The notes: generated by a model from the sequence alone, not told the origin. Shown: positions 1 through 9,415, counted from the stretch's first letter. The stretch is DNA of 29,877 nt from an uncultured Eubacteriales bacterium (GCA_964450615.1 CAYVDQ010000001.1:1-29877), one strand, 5' to 3'. Numbers and translations are program-made.

Positions 1-25
1 CGGAACGGATAAATCCGTTTCCTAC
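1..25 (-). repeat. GTAG-type REP-like hairpin
   Basis: Minus strand reads GTAG-GAAACGGA-TTTA-TCCGTTCC-G; 23/25 identical to the copy at 21685-21709. Confidence 0.75.
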
Positions 26-33
26 GAAAGCGT

Positions 34-57
34 GTCGATGTAGGCTTCGTCCCCTAC
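34..57 (-). repeat. Degenerate GTAG-type REP-like element
   Basis: Minus strand reads GTAGGGGACGAAGCCTACATCGAC. It has the same orientation and GTAG head as the adjacent REP, with an imperfect hairpin. Confidence 0.5.
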
Positions 58-61
58 GACC

Positions 62-345
62 GAAACTCATAGACGAGATCAAACTGCCGCACTGTACAAA
101 AAACCTGTCACTCGGACCGCTTGAAGTCCGCACCAACCAAAGACGAGCGCGAGGGTTTCGGCGAAGCATAAGTTGCCGGTGGCAAGTTCGCCGCCGAAAA
201 TGGCGAGACGGGCACCGCGCAAGCGGTCGTCGAGCCTCCGTCTGCAAGGCGTAGCCGCCGCAGACGACAAGAGGTCGCGCCAAATGCTTTTCAAAATTTT
301 AAGTCTTGCGTGCATCGTTAAAACGAATGGTCCAGTTGCACGCTC
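62..345. repeat. Structured intergenic element (MITE-like or ncRNA), related to 10640-10845
   Basis: Several hairpins: CGGAC/GTCCG 113-130, TTGCC/GGCAA 173-185, ACCGC-GCAA-GCGGT 214-227, CGTCTGC/GCAGACG 239-266. Three motifs are shared with 10640-10845. Confidence 0.45.
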
Positions 346-348
346 TCC

Positions 349-377
349 TTGACTTTTGTCAATCGTTATTATAGAAT
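349..377 (+). promoter_or_regulatory. Sigma-A promoter of the acyltransferase gene
   Basis: TTGACT-N17-TAGAAT; the -35 lies inside the palindrome TTGAC-N4-GTCAA; AGGAGG RBS before ATG 409. Confidence 0.6.
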
Positions 378-408
378 GTGTGGGTAAGAAAACCAGGAGG
401 AAGTCTAT

Positions 409-1413
409 ATGAGAGATAGAATAAAGTATTTGGATCTTGCAAAATTTATCGGTATTTTCTGTATTTATCTTGGGCACATGGGAAATCTTGCAGGAAACGC
501 ATATCACTTCGTTTTTACTTTTCATGTACCGCTTTTCTTCTTTCTGTCCGGCTGTACAGAAACGTTGGCTTCTAATGTGCCCTGGTACAAATATATTCTA
601 AAAAATGTTAAAACACTTTTAATTCCTTGCTACTTTTTTGCACTTGTATTTCTTTTAGTACACAGTATATCCATTAATTCACATGCAACAATCCTCCCTA
701 ATATAATCGTGATGCTCAAGGGCTGCATCCGTAATCAATACTTTGGTGGCCTGTGGTTTTTGACATGCTTGTTTGTTATAAAAATTGCCTTCTTTTTTAT
801 TCGCAAGCTGTTAAAGTTCAATCTTTTGGTTCTTGTTGTGTGCCTCGGCCTCTTTGTTATTGCAGAGATGGTTATTGATCCCACTCCGCTCGCTGCGCCT
901 CGTATGATATACAACGTCGACAGTGCCCTCTATTATATCTTCTTTTACGCTTTAGGTTATTGCTGCTTTGATAAAATTCATTGTCTGTTCGCTTTGGATC
1001 GCACCTACAAGAAGATTGTTTTTGCAAGTTCCGGACTTGTTTGCTTTGTTTACTCTGCGTTACGCTTCTTTGGAAAAAACTTGCTGAGTTATATTAATAT
1101 CAATGTTATTACAAATTTGTTCTGTACTCTTCTTGGTCCGATGCTCACGATTTTTCTTATCTTCATTCTTTCCAAATTGCTTGAAGAAGTGAAGATCTTT
1201 GAGGAAATTGGGGAAAACACATTATTTTTGTGTGGTTCTGAATTTGTTGTGAGGTTACTCATCCCAAATTTCCTCCAAATTTTCGGATTGAGTCTTGCGA
1301 TTTCAAACCCGCTCGCAGCCTATTTATATGCCTTTGCACTTTTAGTCGTGTGCAACAAAACACTTGTCCCTCTTGAAAAAATGCTGTTTAAAAAGTTTCG
1401 CCTTTTGAAATAA
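409..1413 (+). CDS. Acyltransferase family 3 (OafA/YrhL-like) integral membrane O-acyltransferase
   Basis: 334 aa, highly hydrophobic. Motifs RIKYLDLAKFIGIFCIYLGH, FHVPLFFFLSG and LWFLTCLF are typical of Acyl_transf_3. AT-rich. Confidence 0.88.
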   Translation: MRDRIKYLDLAKFIGIFCIYLGHMGNLAGNAYHFVFTFHVPLFFFLSGCTETLASNVPWYKYILKNVKTLLIPCYFFALVFLLVHSISINSHATILPNIIVMLKGCIRNQYFGGLWFLTCLFVIKIAFFFIRKLLKFNLLVLVVCLGLFVIAEMVIDPTPLAAPRMIYNVDSALYYIFFYALGYCCFDKIHCLFALDRTYKKIVFASSGLVCFVYSALRFFGKNLLSYININVITNLFCTLLGPMLTIFLIFILSKLLEEVKIFEEIGENTLFLCGSEFVVRLLIPNFLQIFGLSLAISNPLAAYLYAFALLVVCNKTLVPLEKMLFKKFRLLK

Positions 1414-1472
1414 GAATATTAAATAAGTTTTCGAGAGATACGCTCTTCCTATCGAAATAGGTTTCTACTTTC

Positions 1473-1508
1473 AAAAACGAGGGTAGCCATACGGCTACCC
1501 TCGTTTTT
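1473..1508 (+). terminator. Rho-independent terminator
   Basis: AAAAACGAGGGTAGCC-ATAC-GGCTACCCTCGTTTTT, a perfect 16-bp inverted repeat ending in a T-run. Confidence 0.85.
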
Positions 1509-1577
1509 CGTTCTCACGCTGAAACCGACGCAGGGCGGAATTTCGTTGCAAAATTACAAAAAACCGCCATATTCATC

Positions 1578-1606
1578 TTGATATGGTAAAAGAAATGTGT
1601 TATATT
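1578..1606 (+). promoter_or_regulatory. Sigma-A promoter of the aryl-acid operon
   Basis: TTGATA-N17-TATATT with TG extension; overlapped by the inverted repeat CCATAT-N8-ATATGG (1567-1586). Confidence 0.6.
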
Positions 1607-1647
1607 TTTCTTCGTATATTTATTTAGGTTATATAGGAGAGATTGGC

Positions 1648-3189
1648 ATGGTACTGGATTACGTAATTTTAGCATTGTACGCGTTGGCAATGGTTGGCAT
1701 TGCTTTTTATACCCGAAACCGCTCGGGATCGGTCAATGACTTTCTGCTTGCCGGAAAGAAAGGCCTCAACGGTTGGATGACGGCGTTCGCTTACGGAACC
1801 ACCTATTTTTCTGCCGTCATCTTTATCGGCTATGCCGGTCAGTTCGGGCGTTCCTTCGGTTTGGCATCAATATGGATCGGTATCGGCAACGCCATCATCG
1901 GAACGCTGATCGCTTGGTTGGTTCTTGCCAAACGGACGAAGAATATGACACAGCGGCTGAGTGCAAAGACAATGCCCGAATTCTTTGAAAAACGCTACGG
2001 CGACAAGAAACTGAAGCTCGTTTCTGCCGTGATTATTTTCATCTTCCTGATTCCGTACTCGGCTTCCGTTTACAACGGTCTGAGCAGTCTGTTTGAAATC
2101 GTGTTCGGCATTGAGGGTTGGATCGTCATGATCGCCCTTGCCGCGCTGACGGCTTTATACCTCTTTTTCGGCGGTTATTTTGCCACCGCGCTTTCCGATT
2201 TTATTCAGGGAATCATCATGCTGATCGGTGTTGTCTGCATGGTCTTCTGCTTTATGAATTCCGAACAGGTCAATTGGGATATTTCCAAGATCGTGAACGA
2301 TCCCAACCTGACCTGGTTTACCTTTGGTGCCGAAAATCAAGGGATCTACGGAAGCACCGTCTCTCTGCTTTCGCTGATCCTGTTGACTTCCCTGGGCGTT
2401 TGGGCACTCCCCCAGACCATTCACAAATATTACGCCATTCGCGATAAGAAAGCCATTTCACAAGGCGTGGTGGTCAGCACCGTCTTTGCGCTGATTATCG
2501 GTTTTGCCGCATATTTCACGGGCGCTTTAAGCGCTTTCTTTCCCGAAACACAAGGTGTCCCGCACGCGGAGGTCGTGCCCACCATGCTGGGTATCGCCAT
2601 TCCCGCAGGGCTGACAGGTGTGATCGCCATTCTCATCCTTTCTGCCAGTATGTCCACCTTGTCCTCGGTTTCGCTGGCAGGCTCCTCAGTGATTGCCGTG
2701 GACCTTTACAAAGGAAAAATCAATGAAAAAGCCAGTGACAAGCGTGTCAACATAATCATGAAGGTCCTATGCCTCTTCTTCGTGGCAATTTCGGTCATCC
2801 TGGCGCTGCTCAATGAGAAATACGGTATTGCCGCCATCGCCTATATGATGGGTATCAGCTGGGGTACACTGGCGGGATGTTTTATGGGTCCCTACGTTCT
2901 GGGCGTTATCTGGAAACGCGTAACAAAACCGGCAGTCTGGAGTTCCATCATCGGCTCACTGGTGTTGACGGTTGGCTTGATCTTCGTCTTCGGATACGAC
3001 AAAAACGGCTGGGATTGTACCGTGGGTGCCGCCTTGAAGGACGGCGTGGGCACCTCCCCGCTGATCGGCGTCATTTGTATGGTATTCTCGCTGTTCATCA
3101 CCGTTATCGTCAGCCTGCTGACCAAAAAGCCGGAGGATGCCATTCTCAGCGAAGCGTTCGATAAGCATTTTGAGGGAGAAATCCAATAA
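1648..3189 (+). CDS. Sodium:solute symporter (SSF/PutP-ActP-like), probable aryl-acid importer
   Basis: ATG 1648 follows an AGGAGA RBS (ORF-track start 1597 rejected). 513 aa, multi-TM, with motifs DFLLAG, TMPEFFEKRY, GGYFATALSDFIQG and SASMSTLSS. Confidence 0.9.
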   Translation: MVLDYVILALYALAMVGIAFYTRNRSGSVNDFLLAGKKGLNGWMTAFAYGTTYFSAVIFIGYAGQFGRSFGLASIWIGIGNAIIGTLIAWLVLAKRTKNMTQRLSAKTMPEFFEKRYGDKKLKLVSAVIIFIFLIPYSASVYNGLSSLFEIVFGIEGWIVMIALAALTALYLFFGGYFATALSDFIQGIIMLIGVVCMVFCFMNSEQVNWDISKIVNDPNLTWFTFGAENQGIYGSTVSLLSLILLTSLGVWALPQTIHKYYAIRDKKAISQGVVVSTVFALIIGFAAYFTGALSAFFPETQGVPHAEVVPTMLGIAIPAGLTGVIAILILSASMSTLSSVSLAGSSVIAVDLYKGKINEKASDKRVNIIMKVLCLFFVAISVILALLNEKYGIAAIAYMMGISWGTLAGCFMGPYVLGVIWKRVTKPAVWSSIIGSLVLTVGLIFVFGYDKNGWDCTVGAALKDGVGTSPLIGVICMVFSLFITVIVSLLTKKPEDAILSEAFDKHFEGEIQ

Positions 3190-3212
3190 CAGAAAAGGAT
3201 TAGGTAACAAGC

Positions 3213-4505
3213 ATGATTTGGTCAAAAGAAGAAACTCTTCCCAGAGAGGAAATAGAAGCACTGCAGCTCAGTCGATTACAGGAAACGGTGCACCGCGTGT
3301 ACGAAAAGGTACCCGCGTATCGCAAAAAAATGGAAGATGCAGGGGTTAAACCGGCGGATATTCAGTCCTTGTCCGATCTTGCCAAGCTCCCCTTCGTCAC
3401 CAAGCAGGATATGCGCGATAACTATCCGTTTGGTCTGTTTGCGGTGGAAAAGGATCAACTGGTGCGTATTCACGCGTCCAGCGGAACCACGGGAAAGCCC
3501 ACGGTGGTGGGGTACACACAAGGTGACCTTGACACCTGGACCGAGTGCGTGTCGAGAATTGCCTGCATGGGCGGTGCGAGTGCTAAGGACGTGGCGCAGA
3601 TCTGCTTTGGCTACGGTATGTTCACGGGCGCACTGGGACTTCACTACGGATTGGAGAACATCGGCGCCGCCATCGTTCCCTCCTCTACGGGGAATTCGCA
3701 AAAGCAGATTATGTATATGCAGGATTTTGAAACCTCGCTTTTAGTCGCCACTCCTTCTTACGCTCTGCGCTTGGCGGAGGTTGCCAGAGAAATGGATGTC
3801 GATCCCGAGCGCGATCTGAAGGTGAAAATTGCCCTGGTGGGAAGCGAGCTTCTGACCGACGCCATGCGCGAAGAAATGCATAAATTTTGGGGCAAGGATC
3901 TACTCATCACCTCCAACTACGGTATGAGCGAATTGATGGGTCCCGGTGTGTCGGGCGAATGCTTAGAACACTGCGGCATGCACATCAACGAGGATTATTT
4001 CATTCCCGAGATCATTGATCCGAAAACCGGCGAGGTGCTGCCTGCCGGTGAGCAGGGTGAATTGGTCATTACCTGTATCAAAAAAGAGGGATTGCCCCTG
4101 ATCCGCTATCGGACCAAGGACATTACCCGTTTGTTCTACGAGCCATGTAAGTGCGGCAGAACCTTGTGCCGTATGGAAAATCTTTCGGGTCGAAGCGACG
4201 ATATGCTCAAGATTCGCGGCGTCAACGTGTTCCCGAGCCAGATCGAGGAGGTCATTCTCAGCGTAGAAGAGTTAGGCCCTCACTACGAGATCATTTTAGA
4301 ACGCGAGGGATATTTGGATAAGTTGACGGTCAAGGTGGAGCTCGCACACAGCACCGACTCTTTCTCCGTTCTGGAAAAGATCACCAAAGAGGTCAAAAAT
4401 AAATTAAAGGTTATTCTCGGACTTGATGCCAAGGTGTTGTTGGAATCCCCCAACACCCTGCAACGATTCGAAGGAAAAGCAAAACGAGTGAAGGATTTAA
4501 GGTGA
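3213..4505 (+). CDS. paaK: Phenylacetate-CoA ligase (paralog 1)
   Basis: [14 protein letters not shown]-loop, [14 protein letters not shown] and [12 protein letters not shown]. Confidence 0.93.
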   Translation: MIWSKEETLPREEIEALQLSRLQETVHRVYEKVPAYRKKMEDAGVKPADIQSLSDLAKLPFVTKQDMRDNYPFGLFAVEKDQLVRIHASSGTTGKPTVVGYTQGDLDTWTECVSRIACMGGASAKDVAQICFGYGMFTGALGLHYGLENIGAAIVPSSTGNSQKQIMYMQDFETSLLVATPSYALRLAEVAREMDVDPERDLKVKIALVGSELLTDAMREEMHKFWGKDLLITSNYGMSELMGPGVSGECLEHCGMHINEDYFIPEIIDPKTGEVLPAGEQGELVITCIKKEGLPLIRYRTKDITRLFYEPCKCGRTLCRMENLSGRSDDMLKIRGVNVFPSQIEEVILSVEELGPHYEIILEREGYLDKLTVKVELAHSTDSFSVLEKITKEVKNKLKVILGLDAKVLLESPNTLQRFEGKAKRVKDLR

Positions 4506-4511
4506 AGTGAT

Positions 4512-6248
4512 ATGTCAAAGAAAACCATGATGCTCGGAAACGAGGCGATTGCACGCGGTGCGTTTGAGGCGGGGGTAAAGCTCTCCAGTGCGTATCCCGG
4601 AACGCCCAGCACGGAAATCAGTGAATATCTTGCCAAGTACGAGGAAGTGTACACCGAGTGGGCGCCCAACGAAAAGGTCGCCGCAGAGGTCGCGATCGGC
4701 GCCTCGATCTCAGGAGTCAGAAGTATGGCGTGCATGAAGCACGTCGGCTTAAACGTTGCCGCAGATCCTTTGTATACGTTCGCGTATACCGGTGTCGGCG
4801 GCGGATCGGTGTTCGTCGTGGCAGACGATCCGGGCTTGGCAAGTTCGCAAAACGAGCAGGATACGCGCATGATTGCGCGCGCCGCGCACGTGCCGGTGCT
4901 CGAGCCCTCCGACAGCGGAGAGGCAAAGGAGTTTGTGAAGTTCGCTTATGAGCTGAGCGAGCGCTACGATACGCCGGTTATCCTGCGTACCACCACCAAG
5001 CTCGCGCATTCGCAAAGTGCGGTGGAGTTGTGTGATCGGGTAGAGGTTGAGGACAAGGAATACACCCGCTCGCCCCAAAAATACGTGATGATGCCCGCTT
5101 CCGCCATCGGCAGACATCTGGTGGTAGAGGATCGCGAATTGCGTATGGCAAAGGATGCCGCCGCTTTCCCCGTGAATACAGTGGAAATGGGCGACAAATC
5201 TATCGGGTTCATCACTTGCGGCATTGCGTATCAGTACGTTAAAGAGGTTTGCCCGAACGCCAGCATCCTAAAACTGGGTCTGGTCAATCCTCTCTCCCGC
5301 GAGTTGATTGAGGACTTTATCAAGCAAGTAGAAACGGTATACGTATTCGAGGAATTAGAGCCGGTCATTGAGGAACAGATTCGCGCCTGGGGCTTTGAGG
5401 TCAAGGGCAAAGAATGCTTTACTAAGCAGGGAGAATACAGCGCCAATCTCCTGCGCCGCGTTCTGTACGGCAAGGACGAGGCTGTGTTTGAAAAATCGGA
5501 TGCACCTGCACGCCCTCCCATCCTCTGCCCCGGTTGCCCGCACCGCAGCGTGTTCTCGGTGTTGAATAAGCTGAAGATTCACGCGTCGGGCGATATCGGC
5601 TGTTACACCCTCGGCGCGGTGGCACCGCTCGGTGTCATCGACACCACCATCTGTATGGGTGCGAGCATTTCCGCTCTGCACGGTATGGAAAAGGCAAAGG
5701 GCAAAGAGTTTATTAAGAATTGGGTTGCCGTGATCGGTGACTCCACCTTCTTACATACGGGTATCAACTCTTTAGTCAACATGGTTTACAACAAGGCGAG
5801 CGGCACCGTGATGATTCTGGATAACCGTACCACAGGTATGACGGGACATCAGGAACACGCGGCAACGGGTAAGACCTTAAAAGGCGAGGACACCTATGCG
5901 ATCGATCTGGCAACGCTTTGCCGCGCGATCGGTGTGCCGAACGTGATTGAGGTGAATGCCTTTGACGTGAAAGAACTGGAACGTATCATCCGCGAGAGTG
6001 TAAACGGCGATACGCTGACGGTCATTATCGCCAAAGCGCCGTGCGCATTGCTTAAGGGACAAAAATTCCCGAACAAGTGCGTGATCAACACCGAAACGTG
6101 CAAAAAATGCGGCATGTGCCTCAAAATCGGATGCCCCGCCATTACCAAAACCGGGGACGGCATGCGCATTGATCCCACGATGTGCAACGGCTGCGGACTT
6201 TGCCAAAACTATTGTAAATTCAACGCGATTGAAACGGTGGAGAAATAA
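4512..6248 (+). CDS. iorA: Indolepyruvate:ferredoxin oxidoreductase alpha subunit
   Basis: GNEAIARG, YPGTPSTE, MKHVGLNVAAD, CPGCPH, GDIGC, GDSTF TPP motif and a C-terminal 2x[4Fe-4S] ferredoxin domain. Confidence 0.95.
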   Translation: MSKKTMMLGNEAIARGAFEAGVKLSSAYPGTPSTEISEYLAKYEEVYTEWAPNEKVAAEVAIGASISGVRSMACMKHVGLNVAADPLYTFAYTGVGGGSVFVVADDPGLASSQNEQDTRMIARAAHVPVLEPSDSGEAKEFVKFAYELSERYDTPVILRTTTKLAHSQSAVELCDRVEVEDKEYTRSPQKYVMMPASAIGRHLVVEDRELRMAKDAAAFPVNTVEMGDKSIGFITCGIAYQYVKEVCPNASILKLGLVNPLSRELIEDFIKQVETVYVFEELEPVIEEQIRAWGFEVKGKECFTKQGEYSANLLRRVLYGKDEAVFEKSDAPARPPILCPGCPHRSVFSVLNKLKIHASGDIGCYTLGAVAPLGVIDTTICMGASISALHGMEKAKGKEFIKNWVAVIGDSTFLHTGINSLVNMVYNKASGTVMILDNRTTGMTGHQEHAATGKTLKGEDTYAIDLATLCRAIGVPNVIEVNAFDVKELERIIRESVNGDTLTVIIAKAPCALLKGQKFPNKCVINTETCKKCGMCLKIGCPAITKTGDGMRIDPTMCNGCGLCQNYCKFNAIETVEK

Positions 6249-6249
6249 G

Positions 6250-6822
6250 ATGACAAAGAATATTATGATCGTTGGTGTGGGTGGTCAAGGCACCCTGCTC
6301 ACCAGCAGAATTATCGGAAAAGCGGCTCTCGCAGAGGGCTGTGACGTGAAAATTTCCGAGGTGCACGGCATGGCACAACGAGGAGGCAGCGTGGTGACGT
6401 TCGTCCGCTTCGGCGAGGCGGTCAGTGAGCCCGTGGTGGAAGAAGGTCAGGCGGACGTCGTGATTGCGTTCGAGCGTTTGGAAGCCCTCCGCTACGCTCA
6501 CTTCTTGAAAAAGGACGGCGTGTTGATCGTTAACGATTGTCGGATCGATCCCATGACGGTGGTGATCGGCGCCAAAGAGTATCCCGAAAACATTTTGGAC
6601 GAGTTGAAGAAGACACACACGGTTTGCGCCATTGACGGTCAAAAGATCGCGCTGGAGCTTGGAAACAGCAAGGTTCTCAATTCGGTGGTGCTCGGTTTTG
6701 CCGCCGGCTTTATCGGATTTGACAAGCGGGTGTGGCTGGATACCATTGCCGACACCGTACCGCAAAAAACTATCGAAATCAATCAAGAAGCCTTTACCAT
6801 GGGGTATAATACAAATCGTTGA
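6250..6822 (+). CDS. iorB: Indolepyruvate oxidoreductase beta subunit
   Basis: ATG 1 nt after the iorA stop; 190 aa; GVGGQG and [13 protein letters not shown]. Confidence 0.94.
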   Translation: MTKNIMIVGVGGQGTLLTSRIIGKAALAEGCDVKISEVHGMAQRGGSVVTFVRFGEAVSEPVVEEGQADVVIAFERLEALRYAHFLKKDGVLIVNDCRIDPMTVVIGAKEYPENILDELKKTHTVCAIDGQKIALELGNSKVLNSVVLGFAAGFIGFDKRVWLDTIADTVPQKTIEINQEAFTMGYNTNR

Positions 6823-6836
6823 AAGGAAGAATAGTT

Positions 6837-8135
6837 ATGATCTGGAACGAAACCAAGGAATGTATGAGCAGGGATCAGATGACGGCACTCCAAAGTGCAA
6901 GACTCGTCAAACTGGTCGATTATATGTACCACAACGTGGAATTCTATCGCAAAAAAATGCAGGCGATCGGTCTGATGCCCGGTGATATTAAGGGGCTTGA
7001 GGATCTGACCAAGCTTCCCTTTACCACGAAGGACGATCTGCGCGACAACTACCCCTTCGGTTTGTTTGCCGTTCCCAATTCCCAAATCGTGCGAATTCAT
7101 GCCTCCAGCGGCACCACAGGCAAAGCGACCGTGGTGGGTTACACCCGACACGATCTCGACGTGTGGGCGGAATGCGTCGCCAGATGTATGACCATGGCAG
7201 GCGTTACCAAAGAGGATATTATTCAGGTGGCATACGGCTACGGCTTGTTTACGGGCGGTCTCGGTGCACACGACGGCGCGCAGAAGATCGGCGCTACGGT
7301 CGTTCCCATGAGCACCGGTAATACCAAAAAGCTGACCACGATGATGATCGACTTTGGCGCAACCGCGATCGCGTGTACGCCCTCGTATCTGCTGCACATC
7401 TCCGAGGCGCTTGCCGAAGAGGGGCTGCTGGATAAGATCAAACTGAAAGCCGCCATTTGCGGTGCGGAGCCGTGGACCGAAAAGATGCACAAGGAAATTG
7501 AGTCGCGTCTCAATATCAAGGCGTTTGATATTTACGGACTCAGCGAAATCATGGGTCCCGGCGTGGCTTGCGACTGTGAATTCCACAAGGGTCTGCACGT
7601 GTGCGAGGATCACTTCTATCCCGAGATCCTGGATTCCGCAACACTTATCCCCGTTGCCGACGGCGAGGTCGGTGAGCTCGCTTTCACGACACTGACCAAG
7701 GAAGGTATTCCGCTGATCCGTTACCGAACCAAGGATCTGACCAGTCTGGATCGTACCCCCTGTGAATGCGGAAGAACCAGTGCGCGGATTTCCCGCTTTA
7801 AGGGTCGTGTGGACGATATGCTCATCATCCGCGGCGTGAACGTGTTCCCGAGCCAGATCGAAGCCGCTTTGGTTGAGGTCGAGGAGGTAACACCGCACTA
7901 TATGATGATCGTGGATCGCGTGAACAATCTGGATACCCTCGAGGTACAGGTGGAATTGGATCAGAAGTATTACACCGACGAGATCCGCGTGATCGAGGCA
8001 CTGACCAAAAAGATCGCCCACGTCATTCAGCAGGCACTCGGCATCAACGCCAAGATCAAGATCGTTGAACCTCAATCGCTGGTGAGAAGCCAAGGCAAAG
8101 CGGTTCACGTGATTGATAACCGCAAATTGTATTGA
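6837..8135 (+). CDS. paaK: Phenylacetate-CoA ligase (paralog 2)
   Basis: ATG 6837 follows a [39 protein letters not shown] and [12 protein letters not shown]. Confidence 0.93.
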   Translation: MIWNETKECMSRDQMTALQSARLVKLVDYMYHNVEFYRKKMQAIGLMPGDIKGLEDLTKLPFTTKDDLRDNYPFGLFAVPNSQIVRIHASSGTTGKATVVGYTRHDLDVWAECVARCMTMAGVTKEDIIQVAYGYGLFTGGLGAHDGAQKIGATVVPMSTGNTKKLTTMMIDFGATAIACTPSYLLHISEALAEEGLLDKIKLKAAICGAEPWTEKMHKEIESRLNIKAFDIYGLSEIMGPGVACDCEFHKGLHVCEDHFYPEILDSATLIPVADGEVGELAFTTLTKEGIPLIRYRTKDLTSLDRTPCECGRTSARISRFKGRVDDMLIIRGVNVFPSQIEAALVEVEEVTPHYMMIVDRVNNLDTLEVQVELDQKYYTDEIRVIEALTKKIAHVIQQALGINAKIKIVEPQSLVRSQGKAVHVIDNRKLY

Positions 8136-8152
8136 TATAGGAGGATTGTGTT

Positions 8153-8581
8153 ATGTTTGCAAAACAGTTAACCGTTTTCATCGAAAACAGAGCGGGCAGA
8201 TTGTCTGAGGTTTTGAACGTACTGAAAGAAAACAAGGTCAATATTCTCTCGATGAGTCTCGCCGACACCACCGAGTACGGTCTGCTCCGTCTGATCGTGG
8301 ACAACGCGGCTCTCGGCAAGGAAAAGCTGATCGAAAACGGCTTCTCCTCCCTGCTTTCCGACGTTTCCATCATCAAGATCGCACACACCGCCGGTTCACT
8401 GCAGAAACTCCTTAAGATCGTTGATAAGGGCGGCGTAAACATTGAATATATGTACGGTCTGTCCATTGATTCGAACGAGGCTTACGTGGTGCTCAAAGCA
8501 TCCGATAGCGAAAAAGTTGACGAGATCCTGACGGCGAACGGTGTTATAACTCTTTCCTGCGAGGATTTGGCACACATCTGA
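8153..8581 (+). CDS. Tandem ACT-domain amino-acid-binding protein
   Basis: KQLTVFIENRAGRL...NILSMSLADTTEYGLLRLIV and G-x-NIEYMY; the usual neighbour of paaK/ior. Confidence 0.88.
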   Translation: MFAKQLTVFIENRAGRLSEVLNVLKENKVNILSMSLADTTEYGLLRLIVDNAALGKEKLIENGFSSLLSDVSIIKIAHTAGSLQKLLKIVDKGGVNIEYMYGLSIDSNEAYVVLKASDSEKVDEILTANGVITLSCEDLAHI

Positions 8582-8608
8582 CATCGCGAAAGGATAAACC
8601 GAGGAAAT

Positions 8609-9415
8609 ATGATTATTGATTTCCACACACATATTTTTCCTGATAAAATCGCAAAACAGACCATTGACTTGCTCTCGAAGAAGGGTGGTATTCCGCCCTT
8701 CTCCGACGGCTCTGTGGACGGATTGCTGCGTGCCATGGACGAGGCAGACACAGACTTGTCGGTCACCCTCCCCGTCCTGACAAACCCGAACAGCTTTGAG
8801 AGTGTCAACCGCTTTGCCGCGCAGGTGAACGAGCGGTTTGAAAACCAAAGCAAACGGCTGATCTCGTTTGGTGCCATTCATCCCGCTTGCGAGGATATTG
8901 ACGGGAAAATGAAGTGGCTCAAGGAACACGGGTTTTTGGGTGTGAAGATTCACCCCGATTATCAGGATACGTTCATCAACGACGACGGCTACGTTCGCAT
9001 ACTGGAGTGCGCGAAAGAATACGATCTGATCGTCGTCACCCATGCGGGCTTTGATGCCGCGTATCCCGACACCGTTCATTGTCCTCCCGCGCTTGTAAGG
9101 GGGTTGATCCGCAAAGTTCGACATTCGAAGTTCGTATTGGCACATTGCGGCGGCTATGAGATGTGGGACGAGGTTCTGGAACTGCTCTGCGGTGAGGACG
9201 TATACTTTGACACGGCATACGTGTTGCGGTTTATCGGCGAGGAGACCTTCAAAAAGTTCTTGGATCGTCACGGCGAGGACAGAATTCTGTTTGGAACCGA
9301 TTCCCCCTGGAGCGATATGAAACGGGACGTGGCAATTCTCAAATCGTTTTCACTCGGAGAAAATACCGAGGAAAAGCTTTTCGAACGGAATGCGAAAAAG
9401 CTGCTTGGAATATAG
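8609..9415 (+). CDS. Amidohydrolase_2 family metal-dependent hydrolase
   Basis: IIDFHTH, GVKIHP, THAG, LAHCGG, YFDTA and RILFGTDSPW. Confidence 0.88.
   Translation: MIIDFHTHIFPDKIAKQTIDLLSKKGGIPPFSDGSVDGLLRAMDEADTDLSVTLPVLTNPNSFESVNRFAAQVNERFENQSKRLISFGAIHPACEDIDGKMKWLKEHGFLGVKIHPDYQDTFINDDGYVRILECAKEYDLIVVTHAGFDAAYPDTVHCPPALVRGLIRKVRHSKFVLAHCGGYEMWDEVLELLCGEDVYFDTAYVLRFIGEETFKKFLDRHGEDRILFGTDSPWSDMKRDVAILKSFSLGENTEEKLFERNAKKLLGI

Noticed and set aside
79..525. 148-aa minus-strand ORF
   Set aside because: It overlaps the acyltransferase start, its promoter and the structured repeat; no recognisable protein features.
1509..1647. T-box or riboswitch ahead of the aromatic amino acid operon
   Set aside because: The leader is too short after the predicted promoter, with no T-box consensus or antiterminator.
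4215..7861. Near-identical ~30-nt stretches in the two paaK genes
   Set aside because: They encode the conserved [11 protein letters not shown] motif; this is ordinary paralogy, not a DNA repeat element.
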